Part shown: piece after piece, positions 10,080 to 18,838 of the stretch
Layout of the letters: the number at the start of each line of letters is the position of its first letter
How positions within the stretch are numbered: position 1 is the first letter of the stretch
DNA from: Bacteroidota bacterium
GTDB lineage: Bacteria > Bacteroidota > Bacteroidia > Chitinophagales > Chitinophagaceae
Direction: 5' to 3'
Assembly (NCBI GenBank): GCA_025352905.1
Contig: JANXRX010000071.1
Coordinates: 1 to 57,975 of the forward strand
DNA: 57,975 nucleotides
Program-made: the position numbers and the translations under genes
Notes under the pieces: model-generated
What the model saw: the letters and a program-made list of their open reading frames with translations, nothing else
What the model was told of the DNA's origin: nothing
Databases searched by the model: none

Positions 10080-10730
10080 TTATCCCGGCATCCTCGAAAT
10101 ATACTTTTCGATCTCCTTTACCTGGTCGAGCACCTGTTTGGTTTTGGGTTTGCAGGCTTTGGCCCTGCGGAAGAAATCTTTGGCCGCTTTGAATTCTCTT
10201 TTGTTCATGAATATCTGGCACATGCTCAGGTAAGCAACGGCTTCGCTCTCTTTATCGGGTATACCGGCACGGATGGCGGCACGGATATAGCTTTCGCCCT
10301 GTTTCAGATCGCCACGCTGCATGGCCATCATGCCCAATTGTAATTTATTTGCACCCTCGGCTTCGGGCATGGGTGAACCGAGTTCATTGCTTTTCTTAAG
10401 GTGTTTTTCAGCGCTGTCAAAATCCTGCTCCATCATGGCAAGATTACCCTTGATGGTATAGTAGGTTGACCGTACCGGCTTGTATAAAAGCCCGGGATAC
10501 CAGATGGTGCCCAATATTCTTTTTACCTCTTCTATATTACCCGCTTCCATCGGCTCCTGTATCAAACGCATAGGTCCGATAAAAAAATGGCTGGCCAGGG
10601 CGATCACCCCAACAAAATACAGGATAAAAGAAGGCCAGAACCCGCTGTAAATATTGATCGCAATGGCCAGCGCAATAGACAGCAACCCCAGCCAGAAACG
10701 GTATTTGATAAGTATGTTATAGAATTTCAT
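10080..10730 (-). CDS. Membrane-anchored tetratricopeptide-repeat protein
   Basis: Two N-terminal TM helices followed by TPR-like helices (KGNLAMMEQDFDSAEKHLKKS, LGMMAMQRGDLKQGESYIRAA). Confidence 0.75.
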   Translation of the reverse strand: MKFYNILIKYRFWLGLLSIALAIAINIYSGFWPSFILYFVGVIALASHFFIGPMRLIQEPMEAGNIEEVKRILGTIWYPGLLYKPVRSTYYTIKGNLAMMEQDFDSAEKHLKKSNELGSPMPEAEGANKLQLGMMAMQRGDLKQGESYIRAAIRAGIPDKESEAVAYLSMCQIFMNKREFKAAKDFFRRAKACKPKTKQVLDQVKEIEKYISRMPG

Positions 10731-10750
10731 AGATGATTTTTTTGGGAGGG

Positions 10751-10758
10751 CAAAGATA
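10751..10758 (-). promoter_or_regulatory. Bacteroidota sigma-A -7 box for the TPR gene
   Basis: TATCTTTG on the minus strand, 20 bp upstream of the ATG. Confidence 0.6.
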
Positions 10759-10807
10759 AGGTTAGTTCATGGATCATGGCTGCTCACTATGAACTATGAT
10801 CCGGGCC

Positions 10808-11248
10808 TCAGAACTTCGCATCATTCACCTCTATCCAATACCCATCCGGATCATTCACCCAGATCTGTTTTACACCGTCTACACGGGTAGTGATCACGCC
10901 GGGTTCGGCTTTGGAATTATAGAAGTTGATATGCCAGGGTTTCAGTTTTTCCAGGAACTCGGGTACCGAGGGTACGCTGAAACACATATGGTTATTGAGA
11001 AAGTATTCTTTGGGCTTATCGGCTCCCTGTATCACGTGCAGGGCAACACCCGGGGCAATGCTGTACCAGGCATGTTTTCCATCATGAAAAGGTTCGGGTA
11101 TCGTATCCAGCTGGAACACCCCACTGTAAAATTTCATGCTCTTTTGCAGGTCAACCACGAAGATGGCCTGGTGGTTAAGACGCGCCTTTGACTGGCCCGC
11201 AACAGATAGGGTAAACAGGACAGCAATCGCTGCAATCATTCTTTTCAT
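10808..11248 (-). CDS. VOC/glyoxalase family protein with signal peptide
   Basis: LNHQAIFVVDLQKSMKFY ... NHMCFSV ... DPDGYWIEVN. Confidence 0.88.
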   Translation of the reverse strand: MKRMIAAIAVLFTLSVAGQSKARLNHQAIFVVDLQKSMKFYSGVFQLDTIPEPFHDGKHAWYSIAPGVALHVIQGADKPKEYFLNNHMCFSVPSVPEFLEKLKPWHINFYNSKAEPGVITTRVDGVKQIWVNDPDGYWIEVNDAKF

Positions 11249-11328
11249 ATGGCTTGTTTCAGCCTTAAAAATAGCGATTGTGATACGTTAACGATCCAAC
11301 TGGCATAATTTTTTGACTCAATCCCCCC

Positions 11329-12114
11329 ATGAACACCTCTCAATTTTACGATAAAGCCGTTACCTGGGCCATCAGCGCCGGCCCGAAAATATTGGTAGCG
11401 GTCATTATTTTTTTCGCCGGCCAGTGGTTTATCAGGCTATTACGCAAGCTGATGCACCGCTCACTCGAGCAGAAACAGTTTGCCCCTTCTTTACGGCCAT
11501 TCCTCGTGAACCTTCTCTTTACTTCGTTACAGGTGTTGCTTGTAATTGCCATTATGCAGATACTGGGCATACAGATGACGGTTTTTGCTGCTGTCTTGGC
11601 TTCGTTTGGCGTAGCCATAGGATTGGCGCTTTCGGGTACCCTGCAGAATTTTGCCAGCGGCATCCTCATCCTCATGCTGAAACCCTTCCAGGTGGGGGAT
11701 AATATTGCGGCGCAGGGTGAAACGGGAACGGTATCTTCTATCCAGTTATTCTATACGGTGGTCACTTCGTTCGATAATAAGGCGCTGATCATACCCAACA
11801 GCAAACTCTCCAATGAACTGATCGTGAATCTGAGCCGTGCAGGCACCAGGCGCCTGGATACGGTGTTGGAAATGCCTTTTTCTGTTCCCTACGACCGCCT
11901 TAAACCAGCAATTGAAGCAACAATACAGAATAATAAAGCCATTCTTAAAGATCCTGCTTCCCGTATTGGTATTTCAGAAATGAGGGGGGATGGATATTCC
12001 GTTATGATCAATCTATGGCTGCCTGCACATGGCTTCGAGGATGAGAAGATGTTCTTTAATGAGGCGCTGCTGGTAAGCCTTCTCGGTCTCGGTATTAAAT
12101 TACCTGAACCCTAA
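11329..12114 (+). CDS. mscS: Small-conductance mechanosensitive channel
   Basis: GVAIGLALSGTLQNFASG, KPFQVGD, IIPNSKL, NLSRAGTRRLD. Confidence 0.9.
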   Translation: MNTSQFYDKAVTWAISAGPKILVAVIIFFAGQWFIRLLRKLMHRSLEQKQFAPSLRPFLVNLLFTSLQVLLVIAIMQILGIQMTVFAAVLASFGVAIGLALSGTLQNFASGILILMLKPFQVGDNIAAQGETGTVSSIQLFYTVVTSFDNKALIIPNSKLSNELIVNLSRAGTRRLDTVLEMPFSVPYDRLKPAIEATIQNNKAILKDPASRIGISEMRGDGYSVMINLWLPAHGFEDEKMFFNEALLVSLLGLGIKLPEP

Positions 12115-12163
12115 GTTTTCTCCCGTTTCCATTGTTATCGTTGGCTGTTTGACCCTGAAACTA

Positions 12164-12171
12164 TATTTTTG
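12164..12171 (+). promoter_or_regulatory. Probable -7 box of the tRNA promoter
   Basis: TATTTTTG with TTG about 20 bp upstream; about 76 bp before the tRNA. Confidence 0.5.
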
Positions 12172-12249
12172 CCCACCTTCGCTGAAGCTTCGGTGGGCGA
12201 AGCCCATCCGAAAGAGGGCCTTGCCCTCCGAAGCCTCAGCGAAGGAGGG
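12171..12249. repeat. REP-like composite palindrome, two inverted copies of CCTTCGCTGA(A/G)GCTTCGG
   Basis: gcccaccttcgctgaagcttcggtgggc (12171-12198) and ccctccgaagcctcagcgaaggaggg (12224-12249). Each is a hairpin and their cores are near-exact reverse complements. Confidence 0.75.
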
Positions 12250-12319
12250 TCCCGTAGTTCAATGGATAGAATAGAAGTTTCCTAAACTTTAGATACAAGT
12301 TCGATTCTTGTCGGGACCA
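12248..12319 (+). tRNA. tRNA-Arg (anticodon CCT)
   Basis: Acceptor GGTCCCG/CGGGACC-A; D-arm gttc-aatggata-gaat; anticodon arm gaagt-TTCCTAA-acttt; T-loop GTTCGATT; CCA not encoded. Confidence 0.95.
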
Positions 12320-12333
12320 CTTAACTCACCCCA

Positions 12334-12368
12334 GCCCCTCTCTGCTGCGCAAAGAGGGGTTTGTTTTT
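12334..12368 (+). terminator. Intrinsic terminator after the tRNA; hairpin resembles the C-rich/G-rich palindrome family
   Basis: gcccctct-ctgctgcgcaa-agaggggt followed by ttgttttt. Confidence 0.65.
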
Positions 12369-12500
12369 CAATGATTTCTTAGTTGCTTCATGGTTACCCC
12401 ATTTTACCCCTGGAAAGATGAGCAAAAAGTGAGCATTATTTTTAAGGCACTGTGCTCACCTTTTTCTTCGTATAACCAAAATCAGGACTAAACACCCCCA

Positions 12501-12532
12501 TTTGCTTGACCAACCTTTTTATTGTAAATTTG
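12501..12532 (+). promoter_or_regulatory. Bacteroidota sigma-A promoter for the TA operon, probably giving a leaderless mRNA
   Basis: TTTG (12501-12504), N20, TAAATTTG (12525-12532); ATG 4 nt downstream. Confidence 0.7.
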
Positions 12533-12536
12533 TTAT

Positions 12537-12827
12537 ATGTACACCAAGGAGCAAATATTGGACTTACTCAGCCGGAAAAAACCTGAATTGCAAGGGCGTT
12601 ATCCTATTTCTGAATTGGGAATATTTGGATCCTACGCTCGCGGCGACTATAATGAAAATAGCGATATTGACATACTGGTTGATTTTAATGGTCGCATTGG
12701 TATCGGGTTCATCAAATTGGCGCACGAATTAGAAGACCTATTCAAACAGAAAATTGATCTTGTTTCCCGCCGGGCGATTAAGCCCCGTTATCTTCCTTTC
12801 GTGGAAAAAAGCCTGATACATGTCTGA
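12537..12827 (+). CDS. Minimal nucleotidyltransferase (MNT/MntA-like antitoxin)
   Basis: 96 aa with FGSYARGD...SDIDILVDF and KIDLV; overlaps the HEPN gene start. Confidence 0.92.
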   Translation: MYTKEQILDLLSRKKPELQGRYPISELGIFGSYARGDYNENSDIDILVDFNGRIGIGFIKLAHELEDLFKQKIDLVSRRAIKPRYLPFVEKSLIHV

Positions 12828-13163
12828 AAGGGATATTCCGTCATTGCTTCAGGACATTCTCGAAGCCATCGGCAATATAAAGGATTTTACCAGGGGTATA
12901 ACTCTTGACATCTATCTGGGAGATCTTAAAACCAAGCACGCTGTAGAACGGAATTTTGCAATTATAGGAGAAGCAGTGGCAAGAATTGACAATCCTTTTA
13001 GAGACAAATACCTTCTGTTGACTGGCGAGAACTGAAAGATTTCAGGAACATCATTGTCCATGATTATTTTGGAATTGATGATACGATAGTATGGGACATA
13101 ATTCATGTAAATCTGGACCAACTGCAAAAAGAAATTCTTCTTATCCTGAAATCTGTATCCTAA
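12820..13163 (+). pseudogene. HEPN/DUF86 (HepT-like) RNase toxin broken by a 1-bp deletion near 13011 (or a sequencing error)
   Basis: 5' frame gives AVERNFAIIGEA. The -1 frame continues PSVDWRELKDFRNIIVHDYFGIDDTIVWDII, containing the R-x4-H-x-Y motif, and stops at 13161-13163. Confidence 0.85.
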
Positions 13164-13263
13164 ACACTGAAGAAAGAACGCAAGGGGAGTTCGACACCCC
13201 AGTCGTGCAACTACTCAATAAACATTTTCGACATCATTGAGTAATAGAGATCCAGGTCTAATG

Positions 13264-13387
13264 GTTGTTATCAAAGATCGGAAGAACCCAGTTTGAAAGC
13301 AAATCACAACATGGCCTGCCCAATGAACCCATATGTAATGGTTGTTATCAAAGATCGGAAACATCGTTTACAAAATAAATACCCCGC
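13264..13387 (-). CRISPR. Orphan type II-C-like CRISPR mini-array: one 47-bp repeat, one 30-bp spacer, one degenerate repeat
   Basis: Repeat 13264-13310 reads GTTGTGATTTGCTTTCAAACTGGGTTCTTCCGATCTTTGATAACAAC on the minus strand. Spacer is 13311-13340. The second copy is identical for 20 nt (13341-13360) then decays. No cas genes in the window. Confidence 0.75.
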
Positions 13388-13438
13388 CAACCTGTAACTT
13401 TTTCCCAAAACATAGGTTTTGATTGTAAATCAAGAGCT

Positions 13439-15875
13439 ATGAGGATGTTACGTGGAGTGTTTATATGGATGGGTTTGCTGGCTACGCAGGGGCTGTACGC
13501 TCAGACAACAATTAGTGGGCAGGTCATAGACGATCATAAATTACCCATCGCGGGTGTGCCGGTATCCCTGCTGCGAAAGGACTCTGTAGTTCTAAAAACC
13601 GCACTCAGTAATGATGCAGGCAGGTTTATCATCACACAGGCAGGCGATGGAAATTACCTGATATTGTTAAACGCCGTTGGATTTAAAAAACAATATCTTA
13701 CTGTTACTATTAGCAACCAGCCGGTAACGCTTGCAGTGATACAATTGCAACAGGCTGCAAAAGAACTTGCTGCCGTAACTATCACTTCGGCAAAACCGTT
13801 TACAGAACAGAAAATTGACAGGACCGTTGTTAATGTGGATGCATTGATCTCCAATTCAGGTTCCAATGCACTGGAGGTGCTGGAAAAAACGCCCGGTGTA
13901 ATGGTTGATGAAAATGGCGGCATCACGCTGAAAGGAAAAGCGGGTGTACTGATACTGATAGACGACAAGCCCACTTACCTGTCTGCGGCAGACCTGGCCA
14001 CCTATCTCAGGTCGCTGCCCTCCTCGGCACTGGATAAAATCGAGTTGATGGATAACCCCCCTGCCAAATACGATGCCGCAGGTAATGGTGGTGTGATCAA
14101 TATCAAAACAAAAAAATCGAAGGCCAAAGGTTTTAATGGATCCGTGTCGGCCAGCGTTGGCCAATCTGTATATGCACGCACAACAGAGAGTGCAAATTTT
14201 AATTATTATACAGGTAAAGTAAATATGTTTTTAAATGCCGGCTACAGCATACAGAAGAATTTTCGGGAGCTGCAGGTCGACCGTACTTATTTTAATTCAG
14301 CCGGGCAGCTCACCAGTGATTTCAGGCAAACCAATTATTTCACACCTGTGAACAGGAGCCCAAACATAAAGGTTGGTTTTGATCATTATATATCTCCCAA
14401 AACCACCTGGGGGCATCGTGTACACCGGTTCGCTTTCAAACAGAGACGAGTACCGGCCCACTTTCAGTTATGTGTACAATGCAACGGGATCGATCGACTC
14501 ATCCATTGCCGCAAATAATACCAGTACCAGTTTCTTTAACAAGTACGGAGTTAACCTGAACTACACACACAAATACGACAGTTCAGGAAAAAAAGCGTTG
14601 AGTTTTGACATGGATTATATCCATTATTCATCGGGCGCCAATCAATCATTCCTGAACAGCACCTATGCAGCCGGCGGAAGCATGAAAAGCAGCCAGCAGA
14701 TCTCGGCACAGTTACCATCGCATATTTCCATTTATGCTGCAAAGACCGACTACACACAAGTGCTGGCTGGCAAGGTAAAAATGGAAGCAGGTTTGAAATC
14801 AAGTTATGTGACGTCGGATAATGAAGCAAACTATTTTAATGTGATCAGTGGTGTGAGCAGCATTGACTACAACAATACCAACCACTTTGTTTATAAAGAG
14901 AACATCAATGCTGCTTACCTGAATTTCAACAAAGAATTCCACCGCTTCTCTTTACAGGCAGGTTTGCGGGCAGAAAATACCAATGGCAACGGGCACCAAT
15001 TGGGTAATGCTTACAAACCCGACTCGGCTTTTATCCGGCAGTATACCAGCCTGTTTCCCATAGCGTTTGTTTCGTATAAACTGGATTCGGCCGGGGATAA
15101 TTTACTGAACCTGTCTTATGGCCGGCGTATAGACAGGCCCAATTACCAGGATCTGAATCCGTTTGTTTTTATCCTGGATAAGTTCACGGCATTTGTGGGC
15201 AACCCGTTTTTGCGGCCCCAGTTCTCCAACGATTTTAAAGTAGCGTATACACATAAAAACATATTCACCATCAGCGCGCAATACATCCACACCGCAGACG
15301 TACAGATTGAAACGATCGAGCAAAGCGGCAGTGTGTTTATCAGTCGCACCGGCAATATCGGCAAATGGGATTACCTGGTACTGAGTGTCAATTCCACACT
15401 GCATCCGGCAAAATGGTGGACAATCAACACCTATGCCGACCTGTTTAACTACCAGGTATACAGCGGGCAGTTGTATACGGGGTATATTCAAACAAAGAGC
15501 CCGTATTTCTTTGCGCAGGTAAACAACCAGTACACTTTGGGTAAGGGATGGAGCGCGGAAGCTAGCGGCTTTTATTGCTCGCCCCGGCAGCAGGCGCAGT
15601 TCAACAAAATCGCTTTCGGTCAATTTAACCTGGGTTTGCAAAAGAAGTTCTGGAATAACCAGGCCTATGTTAAACTGGCCGCCCGTGATATCTTTAACAC
15701 GAATACCTCAACTGGTTTCATAACCAATATACCCAATGTAATTGCGCATTATGCCAACCAGTTTCACAACCAGGCGGTTATTTTATCGTTCACGTATAGT
15801 TTTGGCAAGCAGTCGCAAACAGAAAAAAGAAAAGTGGGCAGCGCTGATAGTGAGGCGGGAAGGGCCGGGAATTAA
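13439..15875 (+). pseudogene. TonB-dependent-like outer membrane beta-barrel receptor, split by one extra G in a G5 run at 14409-14413 (or a sequencing error)
   Basis: Signal peptide, carboxypeptidase-regulatory-like domain and plug (NALEVLEKTPGV...NPPAKYDAAGNGGVINIKTKK). Barrel continues in the +1 frame (YGRRIDRPNYQDLNPF, GNPFLRPQF). Removing one G restores TTWGIVYTG. Confidence 0.8.
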
Positions 15876-15876
15876 T

Positions 15877-17091
15877 TTATTCCGTTACTTGTACTAACCA
15901 GTTTTTCGCGTTCAGTCTTTTTAATACGATAATAACAATAACTACGAACAGGATGCCGGCAACTGCTTCTGCCAGCAGCATGTATTTGCTATTGTATTTG
16001 TCATGCGCCCATCCATCAAAAACAGTCATATACATAACGGGTATATTACCGATGGATGAGAGCAACGAAAATTTCGTGGCCACATTTTTTTTACCGATTG
16101 CATACAATACCACCGCAGAAAACGCCGCATATACCAATCCTGTTCCAAATGTATAAACCATTACCCCACTTATATACACCCATGGACGATAGGGCATCAG
16201 GGCCATGATAAGGGGAACCAGCGCACAAAATAAACCACAGCTTAAATAAGCAAACCAAACACCCTTCCTGTCTGCCAGGTAACCGCCCGCCACACAACCC
16301 ACTGCACTCAGCAGGCCGCTTAATACCCCGGTTACCAGGGCAACCGTATCAGCGCCCGTTTTCCAGTCGTCTGCAATAGCCGCCCATACATTAGCTGCCG
16401 CACCTGTACCTATCGGCAGCAGGATAAGAATGATCACAAAAAGCGTTAGCGGCACTTTCAGCATCGCAAGCACATCTTTACCTATCAGTGTTATTTCATG
16501 CAGTACTGAGTTTTGTTTTTGGTAATGTATATCCTTTATCAAAAAAATAACCAATGAAAATATAACCGATGCCACACACAATACTATCCCGGCTATCAAC
16601 AAACTATAATGCTCTGCGAGCCATAGTCCTGCACCACCCCCCAATCCCACACCTACCAGGCCGCCTGCCTGGTACCAGCCGGCCGCTATGCCTTTATTCT
16701 TTTCCTCTATCCGTTTGGCCATAAACCCATTTACAGGCAATAGGGTAAATGTTCCCGCCACCTGTGATACAAAGACGGCGACCGAAATGATCAAGCCGCT
16801 TTTCACATCAAGTGGCAGGATACTGATCAGGAGGATAGCTGCCATAGAGCCCGATAAACCAATCCAGTACCATTTGTGCAAACTGAGTGAGAGATCAACA
16901 ATCGGTCCCCACAAAAATCGCCAGACGTTGGCAAATACAGCCAGGGCAACAATACCGGCTGTAGCCGACACAGAGAACCCATTGTGCGCTAACAGGTAGG
17001 GCAAAGCGATCGACACATATCCCTGGCTAAGACCAGCATGAATCACGAGAAAAAATATATAGAATGGCCTGGTTACTGTTTTTTCCGGCAT
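15877..17091 (-). CDS. MFS transporter (AmpG-like)
   Basis: About 12 TM; WRFLWGPIVD and GGYLADRKG MFS loop motifs. Confidence 0.85.
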   Translation of the reverse strand: MPEKTVTRPFYIFFLVIHAGLSQGYVSIALPYLLAHNGFSVSATAGIVALAVFANVWRFLWGPIVDLSLSLHKWYWIGLSGSMAAILLISILPLDVKSGLIISVAVFVSQVAGTFTLLPVNGFMAKRIEEKNKGIAAGWYQAGGLVGVGLGGGAGLWLAEHYSLLIAGIVLCVASVIFSLVIFLIKDIHYQKQNSVLHEITLIGKDVLAMLKVPLTLFVIILILLPIGTGAAANVWAAIADDWKTGADTVALVTGVLSGLLSAVGCVAGGYLADRKGVWFAYLSCGLFCALVPLIMALMPYRPWVYISGVMVYTFGTGLVYAAFSAVVLYAIGKKNVATKFSLLSSIGNIPVMYMTVFDGWAHDKYNSKYMLLAEAVAGILFVVIVIIVLKRLNAKNWLVQVTE

Positions 17092-17103
17092 GGTTGGTTG
17101 TTG

Positions 17104-17508
17104 TTATACTACCGGTTGCTTCTTAACCATTTTTGAGGCGATAAAGGCAAACAGGCCCAGTATCAGGCCGCATACGATACCCACTACAGGGCCCGTGCAT
17201 AACATGAGCAGGCGCGGGTGGTTGTTCATTGGCATAGTAGCCATCATGGCCGCTTCCTTTGCGTGGTGGGCTATATAGGGGCCATACAATAAAATATGTA
17301 CCGCAGTGATCCAGATACAATTTACCAGGCTTACTAAAAAGCCATGTAAAAAATAACTTCCACTACAATTTTTTGCGATCAGGTAAGCGCAGACAATAAA
17401 AATAACCAGCCATAAAACCGGTTCTATGTTTGAGGGAACAATATATACTGTGGCAAAAGCCATGGCCAGGCCAAATAAGGACAGGCTGAAAATAAGTTTC
17501 CAGTTCAT
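17104..17508 (-). CDS. Hypothetical membrane protein (about 4 TM)
   Basis: 134-aa hydrophobic ORF ending 12 bp upstream of the MFS gene. Confidence 0.7.
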   Translation of the reverse strand: MNWKLIFSLSLFGLAMAFATVYIVPSNIEPVLWLVIFIVCAYLIAKNCSGSYFLHGFLVSLVNCIWITAVHILLYGPYIAHHAKEAAMMATMPMNNHPRLLMLCTGPVVGIVCGLILGLFAFIASKMVKKQPVV

Positions 17509-17576
17509 GTGTTTGGTTTTGGTTGATTGGCTAATTTATCGAAATTAATTGGATAACACACACCTGGCTTATTGAA

Positions 17577-17627
17577 AAACCCCTATCACTGCCATTCAAC
17601 AACCAAGCTGAAAAGTGATAAGGGTTT
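17577..17627 (-). terminator. Probable terminator after msrA
   Basis: Minus strand aaacccttatcact ... agtgataggggttttt. Confidence 0.5.
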
Positions 17628-17648
17628 ACGAATTGCTGATAACGGATA

Positions 17649-18278
17649 TCAGTATTTAAAATTTCCTTTGAAGTTCTTTTTGAATTCTATAAAATCAGGA
17701 ATAGATACATTGGCCACATAGCCGTTATTGGGATGGAAATGAATATACTCCTGGTGATAATCTTCCGCTGCATAAAATTTTGCAAACGGCACTACCTGTG
17801 TCACGATCTTTTGTTTGTACTGGCCCTGCACTCGTTTGATCTCAGTTTCTATGACTTTCTTTTCCGCATCATTCCGGTAAAAGGCCGCGGAACGGTATTG
17901 GGTGCCTACATCATTGCCCTGCTTGTTGAGCTCAGTAGGGTCCATACTGGCAAAAAAAGCGGCTACCAGTGTTTCATAAGAGATCTGTGCCGGATCATAA
18001 AATACTGCCACGGTTTCTGCATGACCGGTTTTGCCACTGCATACGGTTTCGTAATCGGGGTCCTTTACATTGCCGCCTGAGTAGCCGGATACGGCATCGC
18101 GTACGCCTTTGAGGCTCTGGAACACGATTTCTGCATGCCAGAAACAGCCTTCGGCAAAGTACGCCACCGCTTCATTGGAAGAAGGGCTTTGTTTATCCGG
18201 CAACGGGATCTTTATGTTTTGTGATTGTACGCAGGAAGCGAAAAGGATGATGAATAATGTTGAGAGTATTGTTTTCAT
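17649..18278 (-). CDS. msrA: Peptide-methionine (S)-S-oxide reductase with lipoprotein-like signal
   Basis: GCFW, SGYSGG, TGHAE, QGNDVGTQYRS, AEDYHQEY; N-terminal LFASC. Confidence 0.95.
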   Translation of the reverse strand: MKTILSTLFIILFASCVQSQNIKIPLPDKQSPSSNEAVAYFAEGCFWHAEIVFQSLKGVRDAVSGYSGGNVKDPDYETVCSGKTGHAETVAVFYDPAQISYETLVAAFFASMDPTELNKQGNDVGTQYRSAAFYRNDAEKKVIETEIKRVQGQYKQKIVTQVVPFAKFYAAEDYHQEYIHFHPNNGYVANVSIPDFIEFKKNFKGNFKY

Positions 18279-18295
18279 TTTTTAGTTTTGAGATG

Positions 18296-18838
18296 TTAGT
18301 TTTTCGAACTCGTTGGTGCCTTCCCTCCCTCCGGTACGAAAATGAGCGCCGCTGAGTTCATGCAATAGCGCTTGCCGGTGGGAGCGGGGCCATCATCGAA
18401 AACGTGGCCGAGGTGCGAGCCGCTTTTGCTGTCTACTACCGCCCAACGGGTTTCGCCGAAGCTGTTGTCTTTTACCAGTCGCACGGCATCCGGATCGATG
18501 GGCGCATAAAAGCTGGGCCAGCCGGTGCCTGAATTGAATTTGGCCTCTGAACTGAAAAGAGGTTGCAGGGTGGCCGCAGAATAGTAAGTGCCTTTTTCGT
18601 AAAAATGATCATACTTACCGGTTCCGGCACGTTCGGTGCCCTCCTGCCGGAGAATATAGTACTGGTCGGAGCTAAGCCGGGCTTTCCATTGTGCATCCGT
18701 TAACTGCATCGGAAAAGCTGTTTTACCGGTGGCCGTTGGCGGGTCAGGATATTTTTTTGATTGAGCCATACTGCATTGCAGGCTCAATACCCCTAGGATG
18801 AGGAGTAATCCCAAAGAAGAATTGCGTTTGTTTGGCAT
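18296..18838 (-). CDS. msrB: Peptide-methionine (R)-S-oxide reductase, non-zinc type, with signal peptide
   Basis: [32 protein letters not shown]; both CxxC zinc motifs absent. Confidence 0.95.
   Translation of the reverse strand: MPNKRNSSLGLLLILGVLSLQCSMAQSKKYPDPPTATGKTAFPMQLTDAQWKARLSSDQYYILRQEGTERAGTGKYDHFYEKGTYYSAATLQPLFSSEAKFNSGTGWPSFYAPIDPDAVRLVKDNSFGETRWAVVDSKSGSHLGHVFDDGPAPTGKRYCMNSAALIFVPEGGKAPTSSKN

Noticed and set aside
13184-13200. GTTCGA-containing hairpin as a duplicated tRNA 3' end (att site)
   Set aside because: Only about 7 nt are shared with tRNA-Arg, flanks do not match, and there is no cloverleaf or integrase.
13292-13320. tttgaaagcaaatcacaac as a tracrRNA anti-repeat
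   Set aside because: It is the end of a complete 47-bp repeat followed by a spacer-length sequence and another repeat start, with no tracrRNA-like nexus.
13394-13425. TGTAAC as an ECF sigma -35 element for the receptor gene
   Set aside because: No convincing -10 element and no ECF sigma gene in the window.
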